DNA of 64,000 bases from Desulfarculaceae bacterium (GCA_021737145.1 JAIPEN010000008.1:123585-187584), one strand, 5' to 3'; positions 27,631-36,445 are shown, counted from the stretch's first letter. Translations and numbers: made by a program. The notes: generated by a model from the sequence alone, not told the origin.

Positions 27631-28329
27631 ATGAACCAGGCAGGCACCTCGGGGGGCGTTTCGCAGGGAGAGCCCCTGCGGGTATTGGCGGCCGACGACT
27701 CGGCCACCGCCCGCCAGCATCTGCAAGGGGTTCTGGAGAGGCTGGGCCACCAGGCCCTGAGCGCCTCTGACGGGCCCCGGCTTCTGGAGCTCTTGGGCCA
27801 GGAGGAGGTGGACCTGATCCTGTGCGATTTGATGATGCCGGGCATGGACGGGCTGGAGGTGCTGGCCTCGGCCCGGAGCCTGAAACCCGGCATCCCCTTT
27901 ATCATCATAACCAGCCACGGCTCCCTGGACAGCGCGGTGGAGGCCCTGCGCCAGGGGGCGGACGACTACCTGGCCAAGCCGGTGGAGGCCGAGCTGCTGG
28001 CCCACCGCATGGCCGCCGCTCTGAGCAAGCGCCAACTGGAGGCCAGCCAGCGGGAGCGGGCCAAGCTGGAGGCCGCCCTGGCCACCGCCGGGGCCGCGGC
28101 CCACCAGATAAACCAGCCGCTGACCACCCTGCTGGCCACGGCCCAGCTCATGGAAAACTGCCAGGACCCGGCGCGCAACGCCCGCTACTGCCGGATAATC
28201 GCGACCCAGTCCCAACGCCTGGGCGACATCGTGCACCGCCTGGTGAACCTCACCCGCTTCAAGACCGTGGCCTATCCGGGCAACACCGAGATTTTGGATC
28301 TGGACCTGGACAGCGAAAAAGACTCCTAG
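27631..28329 (+). CDS. response-regulator receiver fused to a DHp (HisKA-like) domain, no ATPase domain
   Basis: ATG 27631 after GGAGAAAA. LAADDS...LILCDLMMPGMDG receiver motifs. AAAHQINQPLTTL H-box. Ends ~65 aa later with no N/G1/G2 boxes. Confidence 0.75.
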   Translation: MNQAGTSGGVSQGEPLRVLAADDSATARQHLQGVLERLGHQALSASDGPRLLELLGQEEVDLILCDLMMPGMDGLEVLASARSLKPGIPFIIITSHGSLDSAVEALRQGADDYLAKPVEAELLAHRMAAALSKRQLEASQRERAKLEAALATAGAAAHQINQPLTTLLATAQLMENCQDPARNARYCRIIATQSQRLGDIVHRLVNLTRFKTVAYPGNTEILDLDLDSEKDS

Positions 28330-28371
28330 AATCCCCCTTCCATATTTCAGGGCGAGACGGTTTTCCGTTGC

Positions 28372-28634
28372 GGTGGAAAACTGGCCCAACTGCGCCCGGA
28401 TACTGGGAAAGGCATCGGTGGAAAACTGGTGGAATATGGGTGGAGACATGGTTGATAGGTGGTTGATGCGCGGTTGAGACCAGGTGCAAGGCCGGTGAAA
28501 AAGCCGGGCGGACCCGGTGGAGACAAGGGGCAAAAGCAGGGCCGCTTTGTGGAATAATGGGGGAAAGGCCGGGGAGAAGCAGGTGGAGGGACGGTGGACA
28601 ACTCCGGCGGCGGCGGTGGAAAAACGGTGGAAAA
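28372..28634 (+). promoter_or_regulatory. array of 11 same-orientation GGTGGA(A/G)AA-type boxes (DnaA-box-like; complement TTTTCCACC)
   Basis: Box starts are 28372, 28417, 28428, 28439, 28458, 28516, 28548, 28582, 28593, 28615 and 28626. Five spacings are exact multiples of 11 bp. Confidence 0.5.
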
Positions 28635-28674
28635 AAGGTCCGGGCCAAATCCCCGGGGAAGCGGAAGAAGGATC

Positions 28675-29778
28675 ATGCGCATTGGAGTGCCCAAGGAGAT
28701 AAAGACCGAGGAGTACCGGGTGGCCCTGGTGCCGGCCGGGGCGCAGCGCCTGGGCGCGGCGGGTCACCAGGTGCTGGTGGAGGCCGGGGCCGGAGCCGGG
28801 GCGGGCATCCCGGACCAGGCCTACCAGGCGGCCGGGGCCCAGCTGACCGATGCGGCCGGGGCCTGGGGGGCGGACATGGTCATCAAGGTGAAGGAGCCCC
28901 TGCCCTCGGAGTACGATTACTTCCGCCCCGGCCTGCTGCTCTACACCTATCTGCACCTGGCCGCCCAGCCCGAGCTGACCCGCCGCCTGGCCTCGGACCA
29001 GGTGAGCGCCGTGGCCTATGAGACCATTCAGCTGGCCGACGGCAGCCTGCCCCTGCTGACCCCCATGAGCGAGGTGGCCGGGCGCATGGCCGTGCAGGCC
29101 GGGGCCCACTGGCTGGAAAAGCCCCAGGGCGGGCGCGGGGTGCTTCTGGGCGGGGTGCCCGGGGTGAGCCAGGGCCACGTGGTGATCCTGGGGGCCGGGG
29201 TGGTGGGCCACGCGGCCCTCAAGATGGCCCTGGGCCTGGGGGCCAAGGTGACGGTGATCAACCGCTCCTTCACCCGTCTGGCCTATCTGGACGACCTATA
29301 CGGCGGGCGCATAACCACCCTTATCTCCCTGCCCGACACCGTGGCCAACCTGACCCGCGCCGCCGATTTGGTGATCGGGGCGGTGCTGGTGCCCGGGGCC
29401 AAGGCCCCCATGCTGGTAAGCGAGCAGATGGTGGAGGACATGCCCGAGGGCTCGGTGATCGTGGACGTGGCCATCGACCAGGGAGGCTGCGTGGCCACCA
29501 TGCGCCCCACCAGCCACTCCGAGCCGGTGTACACCGTGCACGGGGTGATCCACTACGGGGTGGCCAACATCCCCGGCGCGGTGGCCCGCACCTCCACCTT
29601 CGCCCTGACCAACGCCACCCTGGGCTATGCCCTGGAGCTGGCCGGCAAGGGCCTGGCCGCCGCCCTGGAGGACCCGGCCCTGGCCCTGGGGGTCAACGTG
29701 GCCGGCGGCCGGATCGTGCATCCGGCGGTGGGCGCCTCCCTGGGCCTGGAGACCGCGCCCCTGGACCAGGTGGTCTGA
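28675..29778 (+). CDS. ald: alanine dehydrogenase
   Basis: ATG 28675. [21 protein letters not shown]-terminus. [13 protein letters not shown] motif. Confidence 0.9.
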   Translation: MRIGVPKEIKTEEYRVALVPAGAQRLGAAGHQVLVEAGAGAGAGIPDQAYQAAGAQLTDAAGAWGADMVIKVKEPLPSEYDYFRPGLLLYTYLHLAAQPELTRRLASDQVSAVAYETIQLADGSLPLLTPMSEVAGRMAVQAGAHWLEKPQGGRGVLLGGVPGVSQGHVVILGAGVVGHAALKMALGLGAKVTVINRSFTRLAYLDDLYGGRITTLISLPDTVANLTRAADLVIGAVLVPGAKAPMLVSEQMVEDMPEGSVIVDVAIDQGGCVATMRPTSHSEPVYTVHGVIHYGVANIPGAVARTSTFALTNATLGYALELAGKGLAAALEDPALALGVNVAGGRIVHPAVGASLGLETAPLDQVV

Positions 29779-30324
29779 TATATTTCGGGGCCTGCCGCCC
29801 GAATCAGGCGGCAGCGCCCGAGCCCCGGCGTTTTGCGCAGCCCATGGGCCGCCTTTTTGCGAGCCCGCTCCCTGGACCCTGGCGAAGCTGTGTGACAAAT
29901 TCGGGCGTGAAATTCCCTTGCTGCGCCTGGCGGAGCAAAAAAAGCTGAAAAAGGATGAAAAAGGCCAAAAAAGAAAGAAAACGAGAGTTCATTCGTGTGG
30001 CCTAAAAATGGCACAATTGTGACATTTGTGAGAAACCTAGGCAGCGGCGGGGTTTAGCCCTCTAGGCCAATGGGGGCGATAACTGCGCGCTCTGTGAGAG
30101 GAAGGCGATGTAATTGGAGTGAAAACAAATTGTTGTGCCATGTGGCCAAGTGGGGGCCCATTCCGGGTCAGCCGGGGGCATATGGCGATTGACCCCGAAG
30201 GGGTCGCCCGTCCATTATGGTCGAGACTAATACGTCGCACCGGGTCCAACTAAGACATTGTCAGGTTTTTTCTCATTAATTGCCGCTTAGGCGCGGCAAC
30301 ACAGGGGCAGTACTTCCTTCAACC

Positions 30325-31734
30325 ATGAATCACGGCCATCTAGATAAGAAAAGCATCATCCCGGCAGCGGGGACGCCGTCCCGCCGGGAAGCCCCCAGTA
30401 GTGATAAGGCATCAATTTTGTGGCAAGAAACCCTCGCCGCCCTGGGCGGTGAGCTGGATCCCCGCGAGGCCTCCCTCTGGCTGGAGCCCCTCAAGCCCCA
30501 GGCCCTGAGCAACGGCCGCCTGGTGGTGAGCGGGCCCAATCAGCTGCACTGCAACACGGTGCGCGAGCGTTTCGCCGTCCGTTTGGAACGGGCCCTGCAA
30601 GACAAACAGCCCGGCCTGCGCCTGAGCCTGGAGGCCGCCCCCTCGGCCAAGCCCACGGCCGGCCCGGCCCCGGGCCCCCGCCAGATGGAGCTGCCCCGTT
30701 TGGGCTGGGCCCAGCCCCGCCTGAACCAACGCTACGTGTTCGACAACTTCCTGTCCGGGGGAGGCAACGAGTTTGCCTGCGCCGCGGCCAAGGCCCTGGC
30801 CGGGGGCAGCGGGCTCTACTCCAACAGCCTGTTCCTCATGTCGTCCACCGGCCTGGGCAAGAGCCACCTCACCCAGGCGGTGGGGCACCAGGTGCTGGGC
30901 TTCCGGCCCGACTCCCGGGTGGCCTACCTGACCGCCGAGGACTTCACCAACCAGATGACCGCGGCCATCCGGGGCAAGAAGACCCAGCAGTTCAAGGAGC
31001 GCTTCCGCACCAGTTGCGACCTGTTCCTCTTGGAAGAGGTGCAGTTCTTGGCGGGCAAGGAGAAGACCCAGGAGGAGCTGGTCTACACCCTGGACGCCCT
31101 GGCCGACCAGGGCAAGCGGGTGGTCTTCACCGGCCGCATGCTTCCCTCCCAGGTCAAGGGGCTCTCCGCCGCCCTGGCCAGCCGCCTGGCCGACAGCGTG
31201 GCCGTGGGCATCGAGCCCCCGGACTTCGCCACCCGGGTGCGCATTTTGGAGCGCCAGGCCGCCCAGGAGGGCGTGCAGGTGCCCAAGCCGGTGCTGGAGT
31301 TCCTGGCCCAGGAGGTGCCCGGCGACATCCGGCGCATGCGCTCGGCCCTGGTGGGCATTTTGGCCCGGGGCAGCCTGGCGGGCCGCCCCCTGGACCTGAA
31401 GCTGGCCGCCGAGGTGATGGGCTCCATCAGCGCCAACCTGGCCCGCCACACCCCGGAGCATATCCGGGACCTGGTGGCCTCGGTCTACGGCATGACCCCC
31501 GCGGTGCTCACCGGCAAGAGCCGCAAGAAATCCGTGGTCACCCCGCGCAACATGGCCATGTGCCTGTCCCGACGCCACACCGACGCCTCTTACAAGAGCA
31601 TCGGCCAGGTGTTCAACCGGGATCACGCCACGGTGATGTACGGGGTGGATCAGATCGAGCGGCGCCTGGGCAGCGAGCCCAAACTGGCGGCCGAGCTCTC
31701 GTTCCTGGAACAGAGGTTGGGAGTCAGTTCGTAG
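30325..31734 (+). CDS. dnaA: chromosomal replication initiator protein DnaA
   Basis: Walker A SSTGLGKSHL, AAA+ box FLLEEVQF, C-terminal DNA-binding signature DHATVMYGVDQIE. Confidence 0.9.
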   Translation: MNHGHLDKKSIIPAAGTPSRREAPSSDKASILWQETLAALGGELDPREASLWLEPLKPQALSNGRLVVSGPNQLHCNTVRERFAVRLERALQDKQPGLRLSLEAAPSAKPTAGPAPGPRQMELPRLGWAQPRLNQRYVFDNFLSGGGNEFACAAAKALAGGSGLYSNSLFLMSSTGLGKSHLTQAVGHQVLGFRPDSRVAYLTAEDFTNQMTAAIRGKKTQQFKERFRTSCDLFLLEEVQFLAGKEKTQEELVYTLDALADQGKRVVFTGRMLPSQVKGLSAALASRLADSVAVGIEPPDFATRVRILERQAAQEGVQVPKPVLEFLAQEVPGDIRRMRSALVGILARGSLAGRPLDLKLAAEVMGSISANLARHTPEHIRDLVASVYGMTPAVLTGKSRKKSVVTPRNMAMCLSRRHTDASYKSIGQVFNRDHATVMYGVDQIERRLGSEPKLAAELSFLEQRLGVSS

Positions 31735-31740
31735 CAGGCT

Positions 31741-31835
31741 TCGCCACTCACCGACATACTGTGTTGCGGGCGGCGCTCGTTTCCTCGGCGTATTGACATA
31801 TACGCCCGCGTAACTCGCTTGCCCGCGGGGCGGCG
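31741..31835. repeat. long-hairpin intergenic repeat, copy C
   Basis: ACATACTGTGTTGCGGGCGGCGCTCG..CCTCGGCGTAT-tgacat-ATACGCCCGCG..CTCGCTTGCCCG. Confidence 0.65.
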
Positions 31836-31852
31836 AAAAATATAGAGTAATG

Positions 31853-31880
31853 GGCGTCCGGGAAACCGGGCGCCTTTTTT
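31853..31880 (+). terminator. rho-independent terminator after dnaA
   Basis: GGCGTCCGG-gaaa-CCGGGCGCC stem (one mismatch) followed by TTTTTTATTT. Confidence 0.6.
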
Positions 31881-31902
31881 ATTTGGGCAGCAAGGAGCGG
31901 GT

Positions 31903-32721
31903 ATGGCCTGGTTGGAGCTGGACGGGCGGCGGGTTTACTACGAGGAGCACGGCGAGGGGCCCCTGGTCATCCTATTGCACCACGGCTTCTCCTCCTGCGA
32001 AATGTGGCGGGGCCTGCTGCCCCACCTGGTAATGGCCGGGCACCGGGTGGTGATGTACGACCGCCGGGGCTACGGCCGGAGCGAGGCGGGCGACGGCTTC
32101 CGGGAGTTCTACTTCAGCGACGGGTTCCGGCCGGCGGCGGTGGAGGAGCTGGCCGGGTTCATGGCCGCCCTGGAGCTGGGGCCGGCCCACCTGGTGGGCC
32201 AGTGCGAGGGCGGGGTGGTGGCCCTGGACGCGGCCGCGGCCCGGCCCGAGCTGGTAAAGAGCCTGTGCGCGGCCAGCACCCAGTGCCACAGCCCCTATGC
32301 CATGCCCCAGTTCAACCGGGAGAAGTTCCCCACCCCCTACGCCGAGGTGGACCCGTCGGTTAAAAACAAGATGATCAAGTGGCAGGGGGAGGAGAATGCC
32401 GAGGAGCGCTTCGAGCTGTTCCGCTACATGGGCGGGGCCTATGGCTGCGGCGACTTTGACCTGCGGCCGCTCCTGCCCTCGGTGACCGCCCCGGCCCTGG
32501 TGCTCTACCCCGACCGCAGCGCCCTGTTCCCGGTGGAGCAGGGGGTGGCCATGTACCGGGGCCTGCCCCTGGGCGAGCTGGCCGTGATCCCCTCCTGCGG
32601 GCACAACTCCTATGACAACCGGCCCACCGAGTATCTGCGCATCCTGCTGGGTTTTTTGCGCCGCCACGAGCAGGGCGAGGGCCTGCCGGACAATTACAGC
32701 TTTTCCACCTGCGCGGGCTGA
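31903..32721 (+). CDS. alpha/beta-fold hydrolase with Cys in the nucleophile elbow (GQCEGG)
   Basis: AAGGAG RBS. HHGFSS oxyanion region. C-terminal CGHNS His motif. Confidence 0.8.
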   Translation: MAWLELDGRRVYYEEHGEGPLVILLHHGFSSCEMWRGLLPHLVMAGHRVVMYDRRGYGRSEAGDGFREFYFSDGFRPAAVEELAGFMAALELGPAHLVGQCEGGVVALDAAAARPELVKSLCAASTQCHSPYAMPQFNREKFPTPYAEVDPSVKNKMIKWQGEENAEERFELFRYMGGAYGCGDFDLRPLLPSVTAPALVLYPDRSALFPVEQGVAMYRGLPLGELAVIPSCGHNSYDNRPTEYLRILLGFLRRHEQGEGLPDNYSFSTCAG

Positions 32722-33011
32722 CGCCTGATCAGGCGCAGCCGCCGGGTCCGCCGCCGCACCAGATAGCCCAGGGCGTCGCGCGCGGTGCGCAACAGGGCCG
32801 CGTCCTCGCGGTCCAGGGCGGCCAGACCGCCACCGCGCCGCCAGACCCGCCGCGCGGCCAGGCCAGCTCCCACCAACAACAAGACCAATAGGCCCAGGCC
32901 CAGGTAGAGGCCCAGGCTGGTTCCGTCCCGGCCGGGGGGAGGCGGGGGCGGCGGCCAAGTCGGAGGCGGCGCGGCCCTGAGCACCAGGCATCCGCCTGAA
33001 ACCGCCAGCAT
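32694..33011 (-). CDS. possible small membrane protein (DUF4381-like pattern: Pro-rich, TM, Arg-rich)
   Basis: ATG 33011. PPPTWPPPPPPPG, then the LYLGLGLLVLLLVGAGL helix, then RRVWRR. Overlaps the hydrolase 3' end by 28 nt. Weak support. Confidence 0.3.
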   Translation of the reverse strand: MLAVSGGCLVLRAAPPPTWPPPPPPPGRDGTSLGLYLGLGLLVLLLVGAGLAARRVWRRGGGLAALDREDAALLRTARDALGYLVRRRTRRLRLIRRQPAQVEKL

Positions 33012-33062
33012 GGCCAGCGGGGCCCAAAACCGTCCTAGCCTTTTAAGGTAAATAGAAATGGC

Positions 33063-33091
33063 TTGACATATAACCGTTAAGGGTATATCTA
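33063..33091 (+). promoter_or_regulatory. candidate sigma70 promoter for the phage-like module (TTGACA ... TATATCT)
   Basis: Consensus -35 at 33063-33068. The -10 is imperfect and the spacing is 15-17 nt. Sits in a locally AT-rich gap upstream of the Mor-like gene. Confidence 0.3.
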
Positions 33092-33164
33092 AGCTGCTGC
33101 AAACGACTCTCAGTAGATACCACAAAGCCGCGGGGCAATTGAACCGCAATTCAAGGAGGCGAAC

Positions 33165-33482
33165 ATGGCCCAGGATCATTTCTCCCGCCAAGGGCTGGTG
33201 CCCGGCTGGATGAGCCAGGTGGAACCAGAGCAGCTGCCAGAGGTGTATCAGGAAATCGTGGGGGTTATCGGCCTGCAGCCCACCCTGCAACTGGCCCAGG
33301 TCTTTGCGGGCAACAGCGTGTACTTCCCCAAGCTGGACCGGGCGCTCATCGAGCTGCGCAACCGGCTGATCCGGGCCGAGTTCGACGGGGCCAACACCCG
33401 CCAACTGGCCCGGCGCTGGGGCCTGAGCTCCCGTCACGTGCGCCACATCCTGCGCCCCGCCCGCCGGGCCGAGGACAACTGA
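33165..33482 (+). CDS. Mor-family (phage Mu middle operon regulator-like) transcriptional activator
   Basis: AAGGAGG RBS. C-terminal HTH pattern RNRLIRAEFDGANTRQLARRWGLSSRHVRHIL. Confidence 0.65.
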   Translation: MAQDHFSRQGLVPGWMSQVEPEQLPEVYQEIVGVIGLQPTLQLAQVFAGNSVYFPKLDRALIELRNRLIRAEFDGANTRQLARRWGLSSRHVRHILRPARRAEDN

Positions 33483-33510
33483 TGCCCGCGAATTTCAAGT
33501 TGGTCGCGCG

Positions 33511-33636
33511 TCCGGCCGCGCCAGCCACCGGCATACTGCGTTGCTGGCCGCGCTCGGGCCTCAAGGCAGGACTAAAGGCTGCGCCCGCGGCCCTCGCTTG
33601 CCAGACGCCTTGTCTGCCGGCGGCTGGCTGTGCCGG
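33511..33636. repeat. long-hairpin intergenic repeat, copy D
   Basis: CCACCGGCATACTGCGTTGC at the start is complementary to ...TGCCGGCGG at the end. Ends in CTGGCTGTGCCGG like copy A. Confidence 0.65.
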
Positions 33637-33937
33637 GATCGCCTGCCAGCCTATCCGTGGCAAAGGATTACGTATTTTTTTCTTGGCTCCATAAAGGCCA
33701 GAATGTTGCGCACTGCCGCCCAAGCATCATGAAATCCGTGGGCTGGCCCTTTCCCCTCCTTCCCAACCCTCTTAAACATCCCCCCACCCGGAGACAACCC
33801 GAGGAAGCGCCGCCGCGCGCCGCCTCGGGAAGGAGTTTTTGTGCGCCCCCTTGCTGGGCCCCCCCGCGCGGGGGGCCTAGGCTGCAACCCATGCTCAAGG
33901 CCCGCAGCACACAGCCGGGCCGCAAGAAGGAGGGCAC

Positions 33938-34108
33938 ATGGGCCTTTTAAAGACCAAGACCTTTTGGACCGGGGTGGCCGCCCTGGCCACGGCGGCGGGA
34001 ACCTACTTCGGCGGGGAGGCCGGCCTGTGGGAGGCGGCCCAGACCGCGCTCACCGGCCTGGTGGCCATCTTCCTGCGCAGCGGCCTGCTGCGCCTGCCCC
34101 AGGGCTAG
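33938..34108 (+). CDS. 56-aa two-helix membrane protein (holin-like size and topology); below the ORF-track length cutoff
   Basis: ATG 33938 with AAGGAGGG 5 nt upstream. MGLLKTKTFWTGVAALATAAGTYFGG...LTGLVAIFLRSGLLRLPQG. Confidence 0.5.
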   Translation: MGLLKTKTFWTGVAALATAAGTYFGGEAGLWEAAQTALTGLVAIFLRSGLLRLPQG

Positions 34109-34135
34109 GCCCGCTTGGGCGAGGAGGAGATAAGG

Positions 34136-34372
34136 GTGGCCCTGGAGAACCTGCGGGGCCAGCTGCGGCGGCTGGACACGGTGATCAAGATGTCCCTGGC
34201 CGAGCAGCGGCGGGTGAACGGCGAGGCCGCCGCCGGCATGGAGCGCATCGGGCTCCGGGTGGACGCCCTGGATCAGCGCTTGGACCGCCTGGAGACCCGT
34301 TTGGCCGCCTACACCGGGGGCCTGTTCGTCCTGTGGCTGCTGTTTCAAGTGGTCAATTCCCTGTTGAGGTGA
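34136..34372 (+). CDS. small coiled-coil protein with C-terminal TM anchor
   Basis: GTG 34136 after GAGGAGGAG (alternative TTG 34115). C-terminal GGLFVLWLLFQVV helix. Confidence 0.45.
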   Translation: MALENLRGQLRRLDTVIKMSLAEQRRVNGEAAAGMERIGLRVDALDQRLDRLETRLAAYTGGLFVLWLLFQVVNSLLR

Positions 34373-34377
34373 GAGCC

Positions 34378-34617
34378 ATGGACAAGACATCCCGCCTGAT
34401 CGCCCGGGGCCTCAAGGCCGAAAAGCGCGAGCGCCTGCGCCAGCTGGAGATAAAGATCGACCGCCTGGGCAAGGACATCAGCTATTACCTGTACAACCTG
34501 GACGGGGTGGAGGCCATGCGGGTGGACCACGCCGAGCAGGCCATGGAGGAGCTGGTGGCCGCGGTGCGCGAGTACCGGGCGCTGAGCCGCGAGCTCAAGG
34601 AGATGGAGGCCTGCTGA
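34378..34617 (+). CDS. small helical phage-module protein
   Basis: ATG 34378 after GAGGTGAG. Its stop overlaps the next start (TGATG). Confidence 0.45.
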   Translation: MDKTSRLIARGLKAEKRERLRQLEIKIDRLGKDISYYLYNLDGVEAMRVDHAEQAMEELVAAVREYRALSRELKEMEAC

Positions 34618-35063
34618 TGGCCGGCCAGGACCCCAAGGCCCGGGCCCGGGCCCGCTATTTGGCCGGAGGCGATCTTCGCTCCCTGGCCGATGAGCTGGGC
34701 CTGGAGCAGGATCAGCTCATCCGCTGGGCGGCCGAGGGCGGCTGGGCGGCCATGCGCCGGGCCTGGCTGGCCGACCCCCGGGGGGCCTCCGCCGCCCTGC
34801 GCGAGCTCATGGCCAAGAAGGTGGAGGACCTGGTGGCCTCGGGCGAGCTGGGGGCCAGGCAGGCCGACGAGCTGGCCAAGATCGCCAGCGCCTGCGCCCG
34901 TTTGGAGCGGGAGGGCTATGACCTCAAGGCCGCCGCGGTGGAGGTGGGCGAGCGTTTGGCCGCCCTGGCCGCCGAGGGGGCCGGAGACCCCGAGCGCCTG
35001 GCCTGGCTGGGGCGGCTGTTGGCCAAGCTATTCAACCGCCTGGACAGCGAGGGCGCGGCATGA
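34617..35063 (+). CDS. putative terminase small subunit
   Basis: Sits immediately 5' of terL. N-terminal HTH-like RYLAGGDLRSLADELGLEQDQLIRWA. Confidence 0.5.
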   Translation: MAGQDPKARARARYLAGGDLRSLADELGLEQDQLIRWAAEGGWAAMRRAWLADPRGASAALRELMAKKVEDLVASGELGARQADELAKIASACARLEREGYDLKAAAVEVGERLAALAAEGAGDPERLAWLGRLLAKLFNRLDSEGAA

Positions 35064-35118
35064 GCGCCCTGGCCGCCCGCAAGATGACCAGCGCCCGCTT
35101 TCGCCAGCGGCCGACCCC

Positions 35119-36444
35119 TTGTATTTCTGCCGGGCCTATCTGCCCCACTACTTCAGCCACGAGTTCGCGCCTTTCCACCGCGAGCTGATCAAGCTATTGG
35201 AGATGCGGGGCAGGGCGGTGGTGCCGGTGGCCGTGGCCGCGCCGCGCGGATTCGCCAAGACCACCCTGGTGAGCTTCGGCTACGTATTGCACCAGGTGTC
35301 GTTCGGACGGCGGCGTTTCGTGGTGATCGGCTCGGACACCGCCGACCTGGCCGGCGACCTGACCAGCTACCTGCGCCTGGAGCTGGAGCTCAACCCCCGC
35401 CTGGCCGAGGACTTCGGCCCGGTTTGCCGCGCCGAGGGCCCGGCCGGCGACTTTGTGGTGGGCGGGCGCATCCGCATCCTGGCCCGGGGATCGGGCCAGC
35501 GCCTGCGCGGGGTCAAGCACGGCCGCTTCCGGCCCGACCTGGTGGTCCTGGACGATCTGGAAAACGACAAGAACGTGAAGAACCCCCGCCTGGTGCGCGA
35601 TTGCCTGGAGTGGGTGAGCGCGGCGGTGTACCCGGCCATCGACCCGGCGGGCAGCCTGTTTGTCATCGGCACCATCCTGGCCAGGCGCAGCGCCCTGGCG
35701 GTGATGGTCAACTCGCCCGAGGAGCCCTGGAAGCGCTACACCCGGCGCATCTACCGGGCCCTGGACGATAAGGGACACAGCCTGTGGGAGGCGCGCCACC
35801 CGGCCGCCGAGCTGCTGGAGCAAAAGCGGCTCATGGGCTCGCGGGCCTTCAACACCGAGAAGCAGAACAACCCCCTGGATGAAAACGGCATGTTCCAGGA
35901 GGAGTGGCTGCGCTCCTATCACCCGGCCGAACTGGCGGGCAAGGAGCTGGCCGTGGTGGGCTTTTTGGACCCCTCCCTGGCCACGGGCGAGCGGGGCGAC
36001 TTCAAGGCCGTGGTCAGCGTGGGCCTGGACCGGGCGGCCGGGGTGTTCTACGTGCTGGACGCCTTTATCCGGCGCTGCTCCCTGGACCAGCTCATGCGCG
36101 CGGTGCTGAGGCGCCAGGCCCGCCACCACTACCTGGTCTTCGGGGTGGAGGACAACCTGTTTCAGCGCCTGCTGCTGGACGAGTTTTCCCGGGCCGCGGC
36201 CGAGGCCGGGGTGACCCTGCCGCTCAGGGGCGTGACCCAGCGGCTGTCCAAGGAGCTCCGCCTGGCCGGGCTCTCCCCCCTGGTGGAGCGGGGCCTGGTG
36301 CGTTTCCGGCCCGGGCATTCGGACCAGGACGAGCTGATCGAGCAACTGCTTCATTTTCCCACCCCCAAAGTGCATGACGACGGGCCCGACGCCCTGGAGG
36401 GCGCGGTGAGCCTGGTCCGAGCCACGGGGCCCAACGTCTGGTGA
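35119..36444 (+). CDS. phage terminase large subunit (N-terminal boundary unresolved)
   Basis: Walker A PRGFAKTT, Walker B VVLDDLEND, C-terminal nuclease-like HDDGPDALE. Only a TTG is available in frame (see finding). Confidence 0.8.
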   Translation: MYFCRAYLPHYFSHEFAPFHRELIKLLEMRGRAVVPVAVAAPRGFAKTTLVSFGYVLHQVSFGRRRFVVIGSDTADLAGDLTSYLRLELELNPRLAEDFGPVCRAEGPAGDFVVGGRIRILARGSGQRLRGVKHGRFRPDLVVLDDLENDKNVKNPRLVRDCLEWVSAAVYPAIDPAGSLFVIGTILARRSALAVMVNSPEEPWKRYTRRIYRALDDKGHSLWEARHPAAELLEQKRLMGSRAFNTEKQNNPLDENGMFQEEWLRSYHPAELAGKELAVVGFLDPSLATGERGDFKAVVSVGLDRAAGVFYVLDAFIRRCSLDQLMRAVLRRQARHHYLVFGVEDNLFQRLLLDEFSRAAAEAGVTLPLRGVTQRLSKELRLAGLSPLVERGLVRFRPGHSDQDELIEQLLHFPTPKVHDDGPDALEGAVSLVRATGPNVW

Positions 36445-36445
36445 G

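Noticed and set aside
30009-30024. TGGCACaattgTGACA upstream of dnaA considered as a sigma-54 promoter (or CRP-like site)
   Set aside because: The -12 GC dinucleotide is missing at the required GG-N10-GC spacing. The TGTGA elements form a direct repeat, not an inverted one.
29996-30149. DnaA boxes directly upstream of dnaA
   Set aside because: I found only two weak matches, TGTGGCCTA (29996) and TGTGGCCAA (30141). They do not form a cluster and are far weaker than the array at 28372-28634.
30000-30280. Possible structured ncRNA between ald and dnaA (hairpins CCTAG...CTAGG at 30037-30065 and GACCCC-gaa-GGGGTC at 30191-30205)
   Set aside because: The hairpins are real, but I could not match them to any known RNA family (RNase P, 6S, SRP, tmRNA). 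There is no terminator-like T-run. This is insufficient to call a gene.
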